64,000 nt of DNA from the human T2T-CHM13v2.0 reference genome, Homo sapiens: assembly GCF_009914755.1 (NCBI RefSeq), contig NC_060928.1; one strand, 5' to 3'. Shown one piece after another: positions 42,945-58,054 of this stretch; position 1 is the stretch's first letter; every line of letters starts with the position of its first letter. The notes under the pieces are model-generated. The model was given only the letters and a program-made list of their open reading frames with translations. It was not told the DNA's origin and did no database searches. The position numbers and the translations under genes are program-made.

Positions 42945-43180
42945 TGTGGTGAGTAGAGCCATGTCTTTGAAATCAAACAGATGAATGATCAAGTCCTAAT
43001 TCTGTGACTAGGTGAATGACTTTGGGCAAATAATGAAGCCTTCTGAGGCCTCAGTTTCCTTATCAAAAAACAGGGATCATAATGCTTTGTACATGGTAGA
43101 ATTGTGTTGAAGATAAATGAACTAGTAATATAAAGCAGGGAGCATTGTGCTTGGCTTATAGTGTTTGTTAAGTAAATATC
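42945..43180 (+). mobile_element. MIR
   Basis: TGACTTTGGGCAAAT...GCCTCAGTTTCCTTATC...ATATAAAGCA. Confidence 0.8.
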
Positions 43181-43771
43181 AGCATGTCAGGTAGTCTTAT
43201 TTTTAATGTTGCATAACGGTCATATGATGCAACATGTCCTCTAAGGAAACTTTTATTCTTTATGGTGGCTCACAATGGATAATTCCCAATCCAGCTGAAT
43301 ATCAACAGTGCCACTGGGTTTCAGCACTTCTTCCTCCACTGGCCACACAAAGATATGAGATGATCTTACAGGGTGCCTCAGTATAACAACAACCTTATAC
43401 CGTTAGGGGGAAATGGTAGTATTTTCAAGTGTTTGAAGAATTGTCCCAAGGAAGAAGAAATAAATGTAATGTAATGATGCTTCCTCTTGAGCTTCCAGTT
43501 TTTACTTTTGCTATTGTCAAGCCATGTCCCCTTTGCCTTTCAGATGGGGCTAATTTCTTTAATGTAGCCATGCTTAGGGAATAGACCTCGTAAATCATCT
43601 TATAAATCACAAGAGTTAGCCATAGGAGAAGGAGCTGATGTTACCAGAAGAGACAGAAAAAATAAAAAGATGAATGCTAAAATACATAAAATACATATAA
43701 CAAGCTCTTCACTCCTTGCTCCCAACTACTGTTGCTAATGTCAATGGCCAAGGAGGACTACTGTCCCATTC

Positions 43772-44076
43772 TTTTTTTTTTTTTTTTTTTTTTTTTGACG
43801 GAGTCTTGCTCTGTCGCCAAGGCTGGAGTGCAATGGCATGATCTTGGCTCACTGCAACTTCCGCCTCCTGGGTTCAAGTGATTCTCCTGCCTCAGCCTCC
43901 TGAGTAGCTGGGATTACAGGTGCCCACCACCATGCCTGGCTAATTTTTGTATTTTCAGTAGAGATGGGGTTTCATCAGGTTGGCCAGGCTGGTCTCGAAC
44001 TCCTCACCTCAGGTGATCTGCCCGTCTTGGCCTCCCAAAGTGCTAGGATTACAGGTGTGAGCCACCGTGCCCGGCC
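43772..44076 (-). mobile_element. AluSx-like
   Basis: CCTCAGGTGATC; long T tail; TSD TGTCCCATTC. Confidence 0.96.
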
Positions 44077-45834
44077 TGTCCCATTCGTTTTTGATAGACA
44101 ACCCTCAGAGAGCAAACTGCCACTCAGAACTTCTATAGATGTTTCCTTCATCTCACATGTGCTGTGTGTAAAGTTGGGGGAGCTAAGGTATATGCCTACC
44201 TATGGCTCTTCCAATGCTAGTTTCTACATTTCCCATGTATGTGATCCCACATGGGTAGATACTGTGCTTGACAATTTTTTGAAGTAAATTGAAGAAATAA
44301 GGTGTTCAGATACATTCAAGTCTGGTCATGATGCTTTACCTTTCCAAGATGTCGCCATGCTCCATACGTCTAATGAAACCATAATCGAGACTGAGTTAAA
44401 ACATAAACAGAAGGAGCTTTCAAAGCAGCAAGATGCTATGAAAATGATAATAATGATAAATAACATGGTTCATAAAGTGTGATACTTCGTTAATTGTAGG
44501 GAAAACCCATTCCTAATGTAAGTATTAGGTAACTGTCAAAAAACAGCATTGCCATATCAGGGCATTAGATACGCTGTCATTTTAGGTTTTGATACTGCTT
44601 TACAAGAAAAAGTGAACTAAAGCCAGTACACAAGAAAAAAAATGTAGAAGTTTTATTTTTTATTATTTTTATAGGAAAAAATACTTTAAGAGATTTGAAG
44701 ACCATCTTCAATTTAGATTTTTTTTTTTGGCCAAATAGTGATAATCCTAAAAAAAACTCTGAGAGTTGGAACATTTATTCAACTGTAAATTATATGAAGA
44801 TTGTAATGAATTTTATTTAAAACCTGCAATGCCCACTAAATGTTTAGAAGAGAGAGTGTGTCTGTGTGGGTATAAATTCACAGTTCATAACATCCCCAAA
44901 ATGTGTAAGTCTGGAGACCAGAAAGGGAAAAAAATGCTAAGTTGGTAACTAGTTGAATAGAATATTAACATGGGCAGTGAAAAAGACTGTATTATCAGTA
45001 AACATTTCAAAATATCAATACAGTTATTTTATGTAGACAAATAAGTATAATAGTGGTGTGGGCATCCTACTAACTGCTTAGGTTGGAATAAAAACCTTCA
45101 GAAACATTATTGATTCTTATAATCTACAATTATGTGTTCTATCTTTGTTAAATGTCTTTATAAAATTACATTAAGAATAAATTATGCATTTTTGCCTTTA
45201 TGTAAATTATCTCAAAGTATAAGAAATGGAAAGCTGTAGAATTTAGCCAGCCATTGGAAAGGATGCCCTGAAATACCTGTATTCTCACCCCAATACTCTG
45301 ACTATTTCTGTTCAGTATCTCTGAACTGACACGATGACCCATGACAGCTTTGTTGTACCTGTGCTTTGATCAAAATAAGCAGCCATTCAGAAGTAGATGA
45401 AAAAAAGCAAATTCATTTTATCTTCGTTCTGTACCACAAAAATCAGAGTCCAAATAGAGTAAGCAGAAACTCAAATTTGAAAAGATAGGTGATAAAAACC
45501 AAGTTTGCATAGAATTTGAAAATCAGCTTTCTAATATGCCTTCCTGAAGGCATTGTTGATATGTAAATACTTCAAACTTCTACTTAGTCATTTGAAATTA
45601 CTTCATATGTTGAGATGGTCCTATTAACATTTAGGTTTCTGTGTTCAGGTTTAGACTATTTATTCAATGTTTTGGTAAAAGTCAAAGCATATAAACTTTG
45701 AAAATGTATAAAAAATCACTATCCTTTATTAAAAAAGATACAATATTAAACTTATAGTTTTCTAATATAGGTATATTCAAAATTATCACCCAAATTGGCT
45801 TTTGGGTGTTAGCTAAAATATCTCTATATAAAAT

Positions 45835-46162
45835 CTGGGCTGTTTAATGTAGCAATTGTTAGCCAATCATGACAATTAAGCAGTTGAAATGTGGCTAGTC
45901 AAAATTGAGATGTGTGGTCAGTATTACAAGCACACCAGATTTAGAAGATTTAGTAGAAATAAAAGGAATATTAAATATCTCATGTATAATTTTTTATTGA
46001 TTACATATTGACACAATATTTGGATATATTAGGTTGAACAAAAGACATTCTTAGAATTAATATCATTTTAAATTTTTTAAACATGGCTTAAAGGGCATTT
46101 TAAATTATGTTTGTTGTTCTTATGTGGGATTTACATTATATTTCTTCTATTGGTCGACATTG
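45835..46162. mobile_element. MER33 (hAT-Charlie MITE)
   Basis: TTGAAATGTGGCTAGTCAAAATTGAGATGTG...CACACCAGATTTAGAAGATTTAGTA...TTACATTATATTTC..TATTGG. Confidence 0.8.
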
Positions 46163-46213
46163 GTGCTGACAGTTTATACAAATAAGAAAAACAGCAATTT
46201 AAAGATGAATGAC

Positions 46214-47019
<806 letters not shown>

Positions 47020-49477
47020 ATGTTTATACATATATTTATATTCACATCGAATTAAATATATAAAAATCCATGTGTCTTCTTTCTATCTCTGTCTTGTCTT
47101 CGCCCTTTCACAAAACCTTAGTGCCTTTCTTTAGACTTTTTCCTTTGTTTCCCTTTTGATACTAATTTTCCTTATCGTCTAACACATGCTGACTATCTCA
47201 CCCAAATAGTCATAGCCAAAGGCCAACACATGCTGAATGAACAAATGAAGTTATCCATTTTAATATGGTCATTCTAACTAGGGCAAAACCCCTCAGAGTT
47301 TGGAATTGTTTGCAATGTTCCTCAGGTAGACTAATAACTGTAACAGCAGCTATACCATAAAGAAAGGATAGTGATTCCAATGCGCGAGGACATTTTCCAG
47401 CATGGATAGAATCAGTAGGTCTTTCATGAAGAAAAAAGGGCTTTGAGACAAAGCCAAACAAAGGAAAGAGGAAAATGACTTTTCTTCCCCTCCGAGAGAC
47501 TTTGTTGGTTTAGCACACCTGCTCAGACCTTTCGAGATCATCTTGGGACATGCTACTGATAGTTGAAAAGTGGGTTCCTTCAGAAACTGTAGAAATGTGG
47601 CAGACATTCACTAACATCTTTTTACCCTGTCAGACACTGGGGAAACTTGGTTTTATTTTTATAGTATAGTTGATTAGACATATTTCACCATTGTTTTTAT
47701 AATACTGAGGAATAACTAGGTTTAATTATAAGACAATTGATGAGAACAGTGCTTAGGAGTCAGAATTTGGCCATTGAGTTTTTTCTTTTACACAAAAAAG
47801 ACTCAAATACTTTTTCAAAGCTAATAATCCATGGTGTAAAACACGTCTTTTAACATATTATACTCTGCATTGCAATGATTAAATTGTTTTCTTGCTTTCA
47901 GTAATAACAATGATTTAACTAGACTTAGGAAAACTGCCTATTTACTCTGTTTATTGGACAACATTAAATTGGATACTAATTGCCAAGAGGTATAACTGTA
48001 AAATCAGTGAACCCTAAACATGGTGATTTAAACACAAGCTGAATGTTTTCCTTCTTTTCTTTTTTTTTTTGTTTTACATCAGTGTACTATTTCTGAAAGC
48101 TTTGCATTATTTCCACATAGGTGATCTTTATGGGAAAATTTACCAGCTAAAGAGCGATATAATAAAGTGGTTGAGGAAAACAAAATAAATGTATTTATAA
48201 TTCTGTAATCTATGACATTCTTTTAAATTCTATAAATGGTTATTTTAGAAAGTATAGAACTATTAATAATAACATGTGATATGGCAGGAAAGGAAAAGGC
48301 TATAAAAATTAGTCCATGGTAATTTCAACCTCCAGTTGGATGTTATTTTTGTTAGAATTTAAAATGCTTTTAGGATTGAAGATTGTGTTTTAATAGCTTT
48401 AGAATTTACCCTATGACTATATAATTTAGAAAATATAAATGTGGATGGTAGTAAATTTTGAATTTTCATGCAGCAAGTAAAATCGTTAAAACTGAGGATG
48501 AGGACAGACCATATCATGAGGTGTTGATCAAGGCAATTTCTGTATATATTTAAAGATGGTGATTTAAATTACACAGAAATAAATGTGTGTTGATTTAGAC
48601 ATTTGTGTCTCAGAGACACATGCCTACACAATTTTTTTTCCTAAAATCATGCAGACAATGTTGAACTCTTTCTTTAGTACAGTTTGGCATTAGCATAGCG
48701 TGTTGGAGGTGATAATATATGCTGAATGATATATTTGTAATCAAGACATTTTAAAAGAACGTTTAATAAAGGGAAGTCATCAGGCCAAACAAATTATCTT
48801 TTTTTCTCTTTATTTTTATTGAGGGATGGCAGAAGGAAATAATCATAAAGTACCCAATATATAAAGTTGTTGATTTTGTGTGTGTGTTTGTGTGTGTGGA
48901 GGCTTCAGCAAATAAAAATAAGCCTCTAAAGGAACCAAGTGTTAATTGAATTAAATATAATGAGCAGTTCAATTGAGCTATTTCTAAGCAAAAGAGGGAA
49001 TCAAAGTAAGAAGTTACAAACTCTGCCAGGGGAAGCTTGAGCATATTTCACAAAGAATATGACTTTTGAAATAGAGTTTTAGTTTTATAAAACTTATATT
49101 ACAAGAGTTCTATTGCCCATGTGCTCATTTATTAAATAAGACAGAAGAGTTGGCCAGACTAAGATGAAGGTGAAACTTTGTGCAAGAGAAACAGCCAGAA
49201 CCAACAGTAGATCATGGTAGATGAAAACCAGAATGTTAAGGTGATCATCTTGATCTCTGGAGAGTGGAATGCCATTGAAGAGATTCATGAGTTATTCGAT
49301 AACTTTCTCAGATTTCTGTTTGTACTTATTAAAATGGTACAAGATAAGTTGAGGAATGGAGGGAGGAAGGGTAGTGACTGAAATACCCAGCTGGTGTTTT
49401 TTTGTAGTTGTCTGACTGAGATATAGATGAGAATATAATGCAGTACATGTGGGCAAAAAGTGGTAGGATCTCCTGGA

Positions 49478-49660
49478 ATGGTTTTTCTCAAAATCTGGTT
49501 CTCAGATCAGAAGAATTGACATCACCTGGCCAAAAATGCCAATTTTTATGGGGCGTATCCCAGAACAATTGAATCAGAAACTTTGAGGGTGTGGTCCAGC
49601 AACCATGTTTTCACAAGTCCTCACGTGAATCTGAGGCATACTAATATTTGAAGACAACAG
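49478..49660. mobile_element. MER5A-like hAT MITE, apparently within an antisense L2 relic
   Basis: TTCTCAAA...CATCACCTGG...TGAATCAGAAACTTTGAGGGTGTGGTCCAGCAA...TTCACAAGTCCTC...TTTGAAGACAACAG. Confidence 0.8.
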
Positions 49661-50029
49661 TCTTAGAGATGTATTTTCAGAGCAGAACCCTCAGAATTGA
49701 AGAATTGATAGGATTTGGGGATAAGGAAGGTAGAATAATCAGGAACAGCTAGAATTTCTATCGTAGAAAGTGGAGAGGGACGTCATTACATGAGATAAGA
49801 TATATGAAAGAAGAGTTAGGTTAGGCCAAAAGGGTCCTTTTGAAAATATGCAATTGGAAAGGAAGCTGTCATTGGAATGGAAACAAAATAATAAGTCTAG
49901 AATTAAATGTCAGGAATTGGTCTTGATTAAACCAATTTTTGGTCTTCATTGCACTGGAGAGTCTGTTATTAATGTTTGTAGCTTTCCTTTACAGTGAAGG
50001 TACCTGGATAGAGGGTGGGACGCCATTAG

Positions 50030-50330
50030 AATATGTGATGGAGCAGAAAGAGCCTTGGACTTAGGGGTCAGAGGACCTGAACTCTGGCTGTGACCTATAA
50101 CATCTATAACCCTACCTGGCCGTGAATACTAATTGTGTTACCTTTGGAAAGTCACTTCTTGAGATCTAGTTAACTACTTAGAGACCCAGGTGTTTTGTTA
50201 GTCTTTTGTTTTTTGTTTCCCCTCCTTATCAGGACAATGAAAATGTTGCCTGTGAGCATAATTATTGTGAGAAAATAATAAGTGTGTGAAAACATAGCAT
50301 AGTCAACAGGAAACACTTAATAGATGGTAG
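50030..50330 (+). mobile_element. MIR relic
   Basis: GAAAGAGCCTTGGACTTAGGGGTCAGAGGACCTG...TGTGTTACCTTTGGAAAGTCACTT. Confidence 0.65.
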
Positions 50331-53300
50331 GCACATCCTTCTTGGCTATTTGTTGATTACACAAAATTTCCTTTGATTTATCCAAAAATTTGGTGGAGAA
50401 GAGGATGAAGGAGAGAGAAAACTATTTCTCAGGACATTCACAAATATGCAGGGGAAATAAAGACCAAATTGTCGCCTGAAAATTAATTTGAATAGAGCAT
50501 CCTTAATACAGCCTCATATAGTTTCCTGGAGAAGATTATTCGGCAATATATCTAAAAATAGTTACTAAGGGAGTGCAGAAAAATGAGCAAGGGCCTTTTG
50601 TAAAGACACGGGACCAAACGATACATTACATTTTAAATTTAAAATAGCAATGCACTGTAATGTTTTGCTATCAGCTACACCAATTAATGCAGATGATGCT
50701 AATTAAAAGTAAATTTAGAGAGTGATTAGGTTCTCTCACCATTGTTAGGGAGAATTGATTCTTCTATAGATCTAATGTGTTAAAGTAAGAAGTTAATGAT
50801 ATATTGATGTATTTTAAAGCACCTAATTTAGATTATAATTCCGAGGAAAACATTTGTGTTAATACCGAATATTAAATGACAAACGTTTTCTCTTGGATAA
50901 GGAATGGCAACATTTGTATAACCCTAGAGCAACAAACATGTTGATGTTTCAAATAAATTATTGTTTATGGCTGTTTAATCTCAATTTTAGTTTTATAAAA
51001 CTTATAATGCAAGAATTCTATTGCATATATGCTCATTTATGTGGCAGTATACAGCTGTGTGTGGCATAATAGCTATATTGAACAAAATTATGTGCTGTAG
51101 GACTTGCTGCAAAAATTTCATGGTCCCATCTGGAATAGCTTTGCAATTGAGAAGGCTGAAGAGGGCAAACATTTTACAGGATTATGGAAATCAGTAGTAG
51201 GGTTTTGCTGTCAATTTTAACGTTTAGAAAATAAGGTTAGTAGGTGTCAAAGCTAGAAGAACTTTTTTCATATTCAAAAACAGTTTCTATATGGAACAAA
51301 GTTACTCTCGCTATAGGAAAGTCTGAAATATATACACAGACATCTAGTTTATATCTGAACGTATTGGCCTTCAATTACAAGGTATATCTTAAACACAACA
51401 AATAAGTTGAGTTTTGAATAGATTGCTATATTTCACCAAAATAGGCAGTTTAAAAGATCTGCTATCCTGGAAAATTATTTTCTATGTCCTTAGTATTTAG
51501 CTAGCATTATGTAAGAATTAGGAAATTTGTTGTTTATGGGGAAAAGAGAAAAAGGTTAAAATAAGTATGAGGTCAATTAAATGGTAGGACCCATTCATCG
51601 CTTTCTTTATTATCTTCTCTCTTATTTTTTCCCTCTATTCCTCAATTCTCCTTGCCTTTCTTCTTTCCTTCTCTCCTACAAAACATGTGACACAAAGAAA
51701 AGAGAAGAAAAGGACAGAAAAAGAAACAACACAAGTTCCATCTATGTAAAACATAGTAAAACAAAGTTTGAAACCAGAAAATAACCTAAATGGTGGCTCT
51801 TACAGCTAGTAAAATGGTGACAAAATGGAGGAGCTATTACTATTGTTTTTAGTGTAAACTATTCTTTATGCTGTGATGGCATATTTTATACAGTTTAGAG
51901 TCTATGTGTACACACCAATACACCCTGTTATATAGATGGTGAAGCATCAAAAGTATATTAATTAAACGGGGAAACTAGGAATGTAAGTGGCGGCAGTGTG
52001 GGCAAAAGAATGTTGATAATACAAATTTATGTCTAATATGTATTTAAATCCAATATAAGCTCTTCTTTTCAATGATTACAGTAAGGACATTTGGGCTACA
52101 TATGCAATCATCTGTAACAAAAACCTGCGGACAAAAAAAAGTTCATAAAATAGTCCATGGCTTGACTCATGTACCCTAATTAAAAAATATTAGGTAAAGT
52201 CATGTAGTATAATTTGATTCCCAATACATAAAATAATAAGCAGATTTTGTGCATTTTGTAGGTATGAGTGCTGAAAGTTATCTTCAGAATATATTTTAAA
52301 CCTGGTTAAATAAATATTAGTTAAAAATTTTCATAATAAAACATTAAACACATGCTTATATATACATAAATAAGATTAACAAGAGCACATAAAATCAACT
52401 TAAAATTGCACTCATGTATCTGAGGAGTGCTTTCACTAAATCAGAGTGAAAATTTTTTTAAAGTATATGTTTGTGTTTCTATATACAGCTACACATCTAA
52501 TGTGTTTGATGACCATCATACCCACACACACACGTACATACATTCAAATACATAAGGAATCATTAACTTGTATTCACTAAAACACGGTTGACACACTCAT
52601 TTATAAGCATTGATTTATATTTTAAAAAGAAGTTAAAAAAGCACATCTACTAACCTAGTCATTAAATCGTGTAGTGAAGAAAGAATGAACAAAACTCTGA
52701 TTATGTAGAAGCTGTTTGGAACAGTTCCTTTTGATGTTATTTTTATTGTTGAGAATATTTACATAAATTAAAGGAAAAGTTCAATATGTTCATATTTGTT
52801 GTTGGGAACAAAATTATTTACCCCTACTTCTATGTTCAACACTGTAATTATTTTCTTAACAGGTATAATATTGAAGTCCTATTAACCAATTGCAAACAAG
52901 AACAAAACAACAAAAGCGTTTTTTGGACTGTACTATTTAAACTAATTATAAACTCCTAATAATAATGGATCAAATACGCTGAGCCAATGTTATAGAATGT
53001 AGCTTCTTTTAATATTTAAAGCAAGCTGCTTTGCTATTTTAAACAACCATAGATAACAATTGCTCCCCCATCCCTACAAACTCTGTCAACCTGAATTTTT
53101 TCACCTAATTGGGAATCCTCAACATGCTTATAAATGCACACACTTGGAAAATATTAGCCAAAAATGTCGAGTGATCCTTATATTGATTTGAGTAAAAATG
53201 TAATTCTGGGGGTATATTAGCCTTTCAAAGGGATAAAATGATAAGCACTCAGGCACCATGGTTTCACCAGCAGTGCGTGTTCACACAGCTTCACAGCAGA

Positions 53301-54420
53301 CTCATTGTTCCTATTTGCAGCAACACGCACAATTTAATAGCATTTAATAGCCCAGCAGTTTCACTGCACCATTCACAAGCCTCCAGTATATTTAATGTAG
53401 ACCAGTTTTTAAATTAAATTGGCATAAATAAGCTTGGTAGAGTTATAGACTCTACTTAGATTGCTCTTGAGTATGGAGGGAAAGATTTTTTGCAATGATG
53501 CTAACAAAATTAGTTTCTGGTGCATGACTTGAATAGGAATGGAGATGTAATCCCAGAAAACTAGAAAATGCATTACTCGAGCAAATAACAAAATTTCAGT
53601 AAAGTAGAATATTTCTTTAAATAAAACTATGCTTTAGCAATTAATGCAAATTTTACTGTAATTTTGGCATGAAATAATTATTGCTTGAGGTATTCTAAGT
53701 TCAACTTAATAGAAAAATTAAGGGGAAGAATGATGCATGTATCTGTTATATTGATTCTATCTATAGTTATAGCCCCAAATATTTTGACATGTGCATTCCT
53801 GTAATATCTGAAGCTCCATTCCATTTATAATCATAATTCCCCTGCTGAGATCATAGCTTGTGCTCATACCAGCCTGAGCGTCTCTCCTTTAGGTCAGAAG
53901 ACAAGTAATTTATATGTTTTAATTAGCCTAAACTTTAGCTCTGAGTAGATGACTTTATCTTAACACTTTCATAGATAAATGCATCCTTTGAAACGTAATA
54001 ACTATTTTCACATTATTCATTCATGAGTAGAATTCTGAAAAGGCACAGTTAGTCTAGAAGAAATAAAATCATGCTTATTTAAAATTTCTTTAAAAATACT
54101 TACCATGCTTATTTTTTTAAGCCTCTTGATCACCTCTGTAACTTCCCTCCCAGAAGCATACTTTCATTTAAATATGTAACTTTTGGATTCTTTCTTCTTT
54201 GCAGACATTCCATATTCATTGTCATTATCTTGACAATGAATATGTACAAAGTGAATCTTAAGTAGTAGCATCTTACCAAGAAATTTTATGTCTAGAGAGA
54301 CATTGACTTCTGAAAGAAGCTTCCACATTGTAAACATTTCACCACAAAAATACTGTTTTTTTTTTTCTTCTTTACCAATTGCTACTGCCCTGTACTCCTT
54401 CTAGTCCTCGTTTTTTTCAA

Positions 54421-54875
54421 TTCCTTATCCGAAGTTCTTGGAACCAGAAATGTTTCCGATTTGGGATTTTGTTTTGGATTTTGGAATATTTGCATTGTGA
54501 TTACCGGCTCAGTATCCCTTATCTGAAAACCCCAAATCGGAACTGCTCCAAAGAGCATTTTCTTTGACCACTATGTCGGCGCTCAAAAAGGTTCCGATTT
54601 GGGGCCAGGCACGGTGGCTCACACCTGTAATCCCAGCAGTTTGGGAGGCAGAGGCGTGTGGATCACGAGGTCAGGATATCGAGACCATCTTGGCTAACAG
54701 GGTGAAACCACATCTCTACTAAAAATACAAAAAAATTAGCCAAGCGTGGTGGCGGGCACCTGTAGTCCCAGCTACTCAGGAGACTGAGGCAGGAGAACGG
54801 CATGAACCCGAAAAAAAAAGGTTCTGATTTTGGAGGATTTCGAATTTCAAATTTTCTGATTAGGGACTCAATCTG
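54421..54875. mobile_element. Tigger4a/MER46-like TcMar MITE interrupted by an Alu
   Basis: CCTTATCCGAA..CTTGGAACCAGAA, GATTTTGGAATATTTGCAT, ATGTCGGCGCTCAAAAAG; right end GATTAGGGACTCAATCTG followed by TA. Confidence 0.85.
54603..54814 (+). mobile_element. 3'-truncated AluY-like nested in the Tigger4 MITE
   Basis: Stops at CATGAACCCG; 16-bp TSD AAAAAGGTTCYGATTT at 54585-54600 and 54815-54830. Confidence 0.93.
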
Positions 54876-55079
54876 TACCAGTTTCTTCATTTTAACTAAC
54901 ACTAAATGAAGTAGGTTTTCTTTTCTTTTGTACAGACCTGACATCAGCATTTTAGGTTGTCTAGGAAAAAGAATGTCATTCTCCCCACAATCTTTTGAGG
55001 CCCAGATGAGTGAATGTCCTAAAGTCTCCAAGGAGAAGAGCTTCCTTGGGGTCCTTAGAGGTTTTACTTCACAGCTATT

Positions 55080-55290
55080 GTGACCACATTTCCTGTTATC
55101 CAGTGGCTAGGGAAAGTCCCATTGATAAAAAACTGTTACATTGGAGAGACACGTTTAACTTCGGTTTGTATGTAATCGATAGTTATATCCCACGTGCCGC
55201 TTTCTGCTAAGTTTTGTGCGTCAGACGAGAGACAGAGAGAGAAATACGAAACCGAGCCCCGGCCTGAAAAAAAGTCACAGGAAGAAGCCA
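55080..55290. promoter_or_regulatory. Candidate intronic enhancer
   Basis: Exact kB site GGGACTTTCC on the - strand (55111-55120), RUNX-like and ETS-like motifs at 55082-55097, TGATAA, CACGTG at 55191-55196, TGCGTCA at 55217-55223, and 10 CpGs in ~110 bp of apparently non-repeat DNA. Confidence 0.45.
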
Positions 55291-55404
55291 TACACACATG
55301 ATAGCTCATTTACAATGCACAGCAAAATATGCTTTATTTACTAACCTAGGAAGTACAGGCAGTACTGAAATAAGGAGTGAGACTGATCAATAAGAATAAC
55401 ATAA

Positions 55405-55668
<264 letters not shown>

Positions 55669-55674
55669 GAATGA

Positions 55675-55890
55675 CGACAGTAATAACATCCAATATTTAT
55701 TGAACATTTGCTACCATGCCAAATACTGTTTGAAGTAGTCTTTTTTTCAGCAATCCTAAAAGAAGGAACAATATTATTTCCTTTTTAAAGATGAGAAAAC
55801 AGAAGCACAGAGTGATTAATTAATATGCCCTAGATCACACAGCTAAATAGTGACAACGACAATCAAACCCAAGCAGTCTGACCTCTGAGC
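55675..55890 (-). mobile_element. MIR
   Basis: AATATTTATTGAACATTTGCTACCATGCCAAATACTGT...AGATGAGAAAACAGAAGCACAGAG...ATCACACAGCTA...CAAACCCAAGCAGTCTGAC. Confidence 0.85.
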
Positions 55891-56717
55891 ACACAGGATG
55901 ATTTAGTATAAGTAGCGGTCAAAATGAAACACACACGAAAAAAACAAAATAAAGCCAAAGTCCCTCAAATCTTTATTGGTGAATTTACTATGTGAAATAG
56001 TACTTCTGTAAAATTGAGCAAGTGAAATTTCCGAGTTTAACTTCCTTTTCATAAAGTGTAGTTAAGCGTATGTGGCCTCCAGATTGCAGGATTTCTTGAA
56101 TTTCAAATGGTTTATCTTGTAAAAGTGCTGGACGAAAACAAACTGCTCGGCAGATGTTAGTTGTTTTATCTGTTGTTGAGGTTATGAGGAACTGAGTGTT
56201 GCTTGGGCTATTTATAATGGGAAGGTTGGGAAGCTGGAAGCGACACTCCTTTGCATTTATTTGCTGTGAGCCTTTCCCCAGTCACAGAGTTTAACACTGA
56301 AAGTGATGTGGAAGGAAGGAAATGGGCATGAGTGGAGGTGCCACAGGGGCAGTGGTAGCTGTCTGCTGGTGAACACATAAGGAATCTTGCTTCACTATTG
56401 TGTCATCAACCCTTCTTCAAAAAGGGATCAACAGATCAGCTGGAAAGGGAGAAACCAGGTTGGAAATAGGTTTCATGTGTGAAAAAAAAGATAAAATTGG
56501 GAAGTAATGATTTGCCAATGTGTTCCCTCTGTTCTGTTAGGTTTATCGGCATGATACGATTTCAAAACCATATAACACTTTTTCTCCCTGTGCTTGTTAA
56601 CATTATTTTGTTGAGAATCGGATGAAAGATTTTAACCGTTTTGCAAGTAGAAGTGGAAACAGGTTGAGTTTATATGTTTTTGTAAAATACGTGAAACATA
56701 GCAACATGAGGCAGTAT

Positions 56718-56852
56718 AGGTCCAGTGTGGTCACTATTAGCCATGTACAGCTATTTACATATGAACTAATTAAAGTCAATTTAAATTAAAAATTCAGTTC
56801 CGTTTTATAGCCCACTTCTATCACCGGAGAAAGCTCATTTGGATGGTGCTGA
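56718..56852 (-). mobile_element. MER3-like fragment, apparently inserted in the 5' end of a MIR
   Basis: TAGCCATGTACAGCTATTTA...AAATTAAAAATTCAGTTCC is the reverse of the MER3 consensus. Confidence 0.65.
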
Positions 56853-56854
56853 TA

Positions 56855-57088
56855 CAGAGTAGTGGTTAACAGGTCAAGTTAGATAAATTCCTGGGTTGCA
56901 GCCCAACTTCATCACTTACTAGCACTGTGACTTTGGACAAGTTCATCTCGAGCCTGACTACTTCATCTGCAAAATGGAGACGATAATAATATCTATTTCA
57001 TATAGCTGTCAGGAGAATGAAAAAATATATGTAAAGTACTTAGGTCAATACAAATAAAGGGCTAAATAAATTTTGGCTACTGTTGTTA
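56855..57088 (+). mobile_element. MIR
   Basis: GTAGTGGTTAA...CCTGGGTT...CACTTACTAGCACTGTGACTTTGGACAAGTT...CATCTGCAAAATGGAGA...ATATGTAAAGTACTTAG. Confidence 0.88.
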
Positions 57089-57587
57089 GGGACTAGTCAT
57101 GTTTTTAGAGCCATTAAATCAAATGTCATTGATTGGTTATAAAAGGACCAGTTGTACATTTTGGGATTAAAATCAACATGATAGTAGGACCCTATAATGT
57201 TTAATTGTAACACATTTTCACTTCCATATATTCAGATATATGTTTTCCATTTTCAAAGGAGATTTGAGGCCACTAAACATTTTTTAAAGCACAAATGCAC
57301 AAAATTGAAAATGATTAACCTAATTTTGAGCAGATAAGGCAAAAATGAAGGATGAGAATGAGATCATATGGAAGACCATAGTTAAAGGATGCTATTTCAA
57401 TTGCACAATAACAAATCTTAGCTGAGAGGCCTAGTAGTTATGGCCAAAGGGAGACATATATTTAGGCATAATCTTAATTTTATTTTATTGTTTAATTTAG
57501 ATGAGATCCAAATGGATGTAGGAAGTTTCACGGTTGCAGTCACGTATAATGTGAGTTTAACTCATGCTTCATAAGAAACAGGAACTA

Positions 57588-57894
<307 letters not shown>

Positions 57895-58054
57895 AAGAAA
57901 CAAGACCTTATAGAATGGCAGAAAATGATCTATTACATATAGCTATTTTAACAGCCTACTATTGTTTATATTTTAAAAAGCAGGCCCTGCTAACCATCTA
58001 GGGAAAAATTACCAGGAATAAGTTTAGGGAAGCCTGAAATACTTGCTTGGAAGT

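Noticed and set aside
53249-53268. REST/RE1-like TCAGGCACCATGG
   Set aside because: Extra base in the left half and no GACAG right half.
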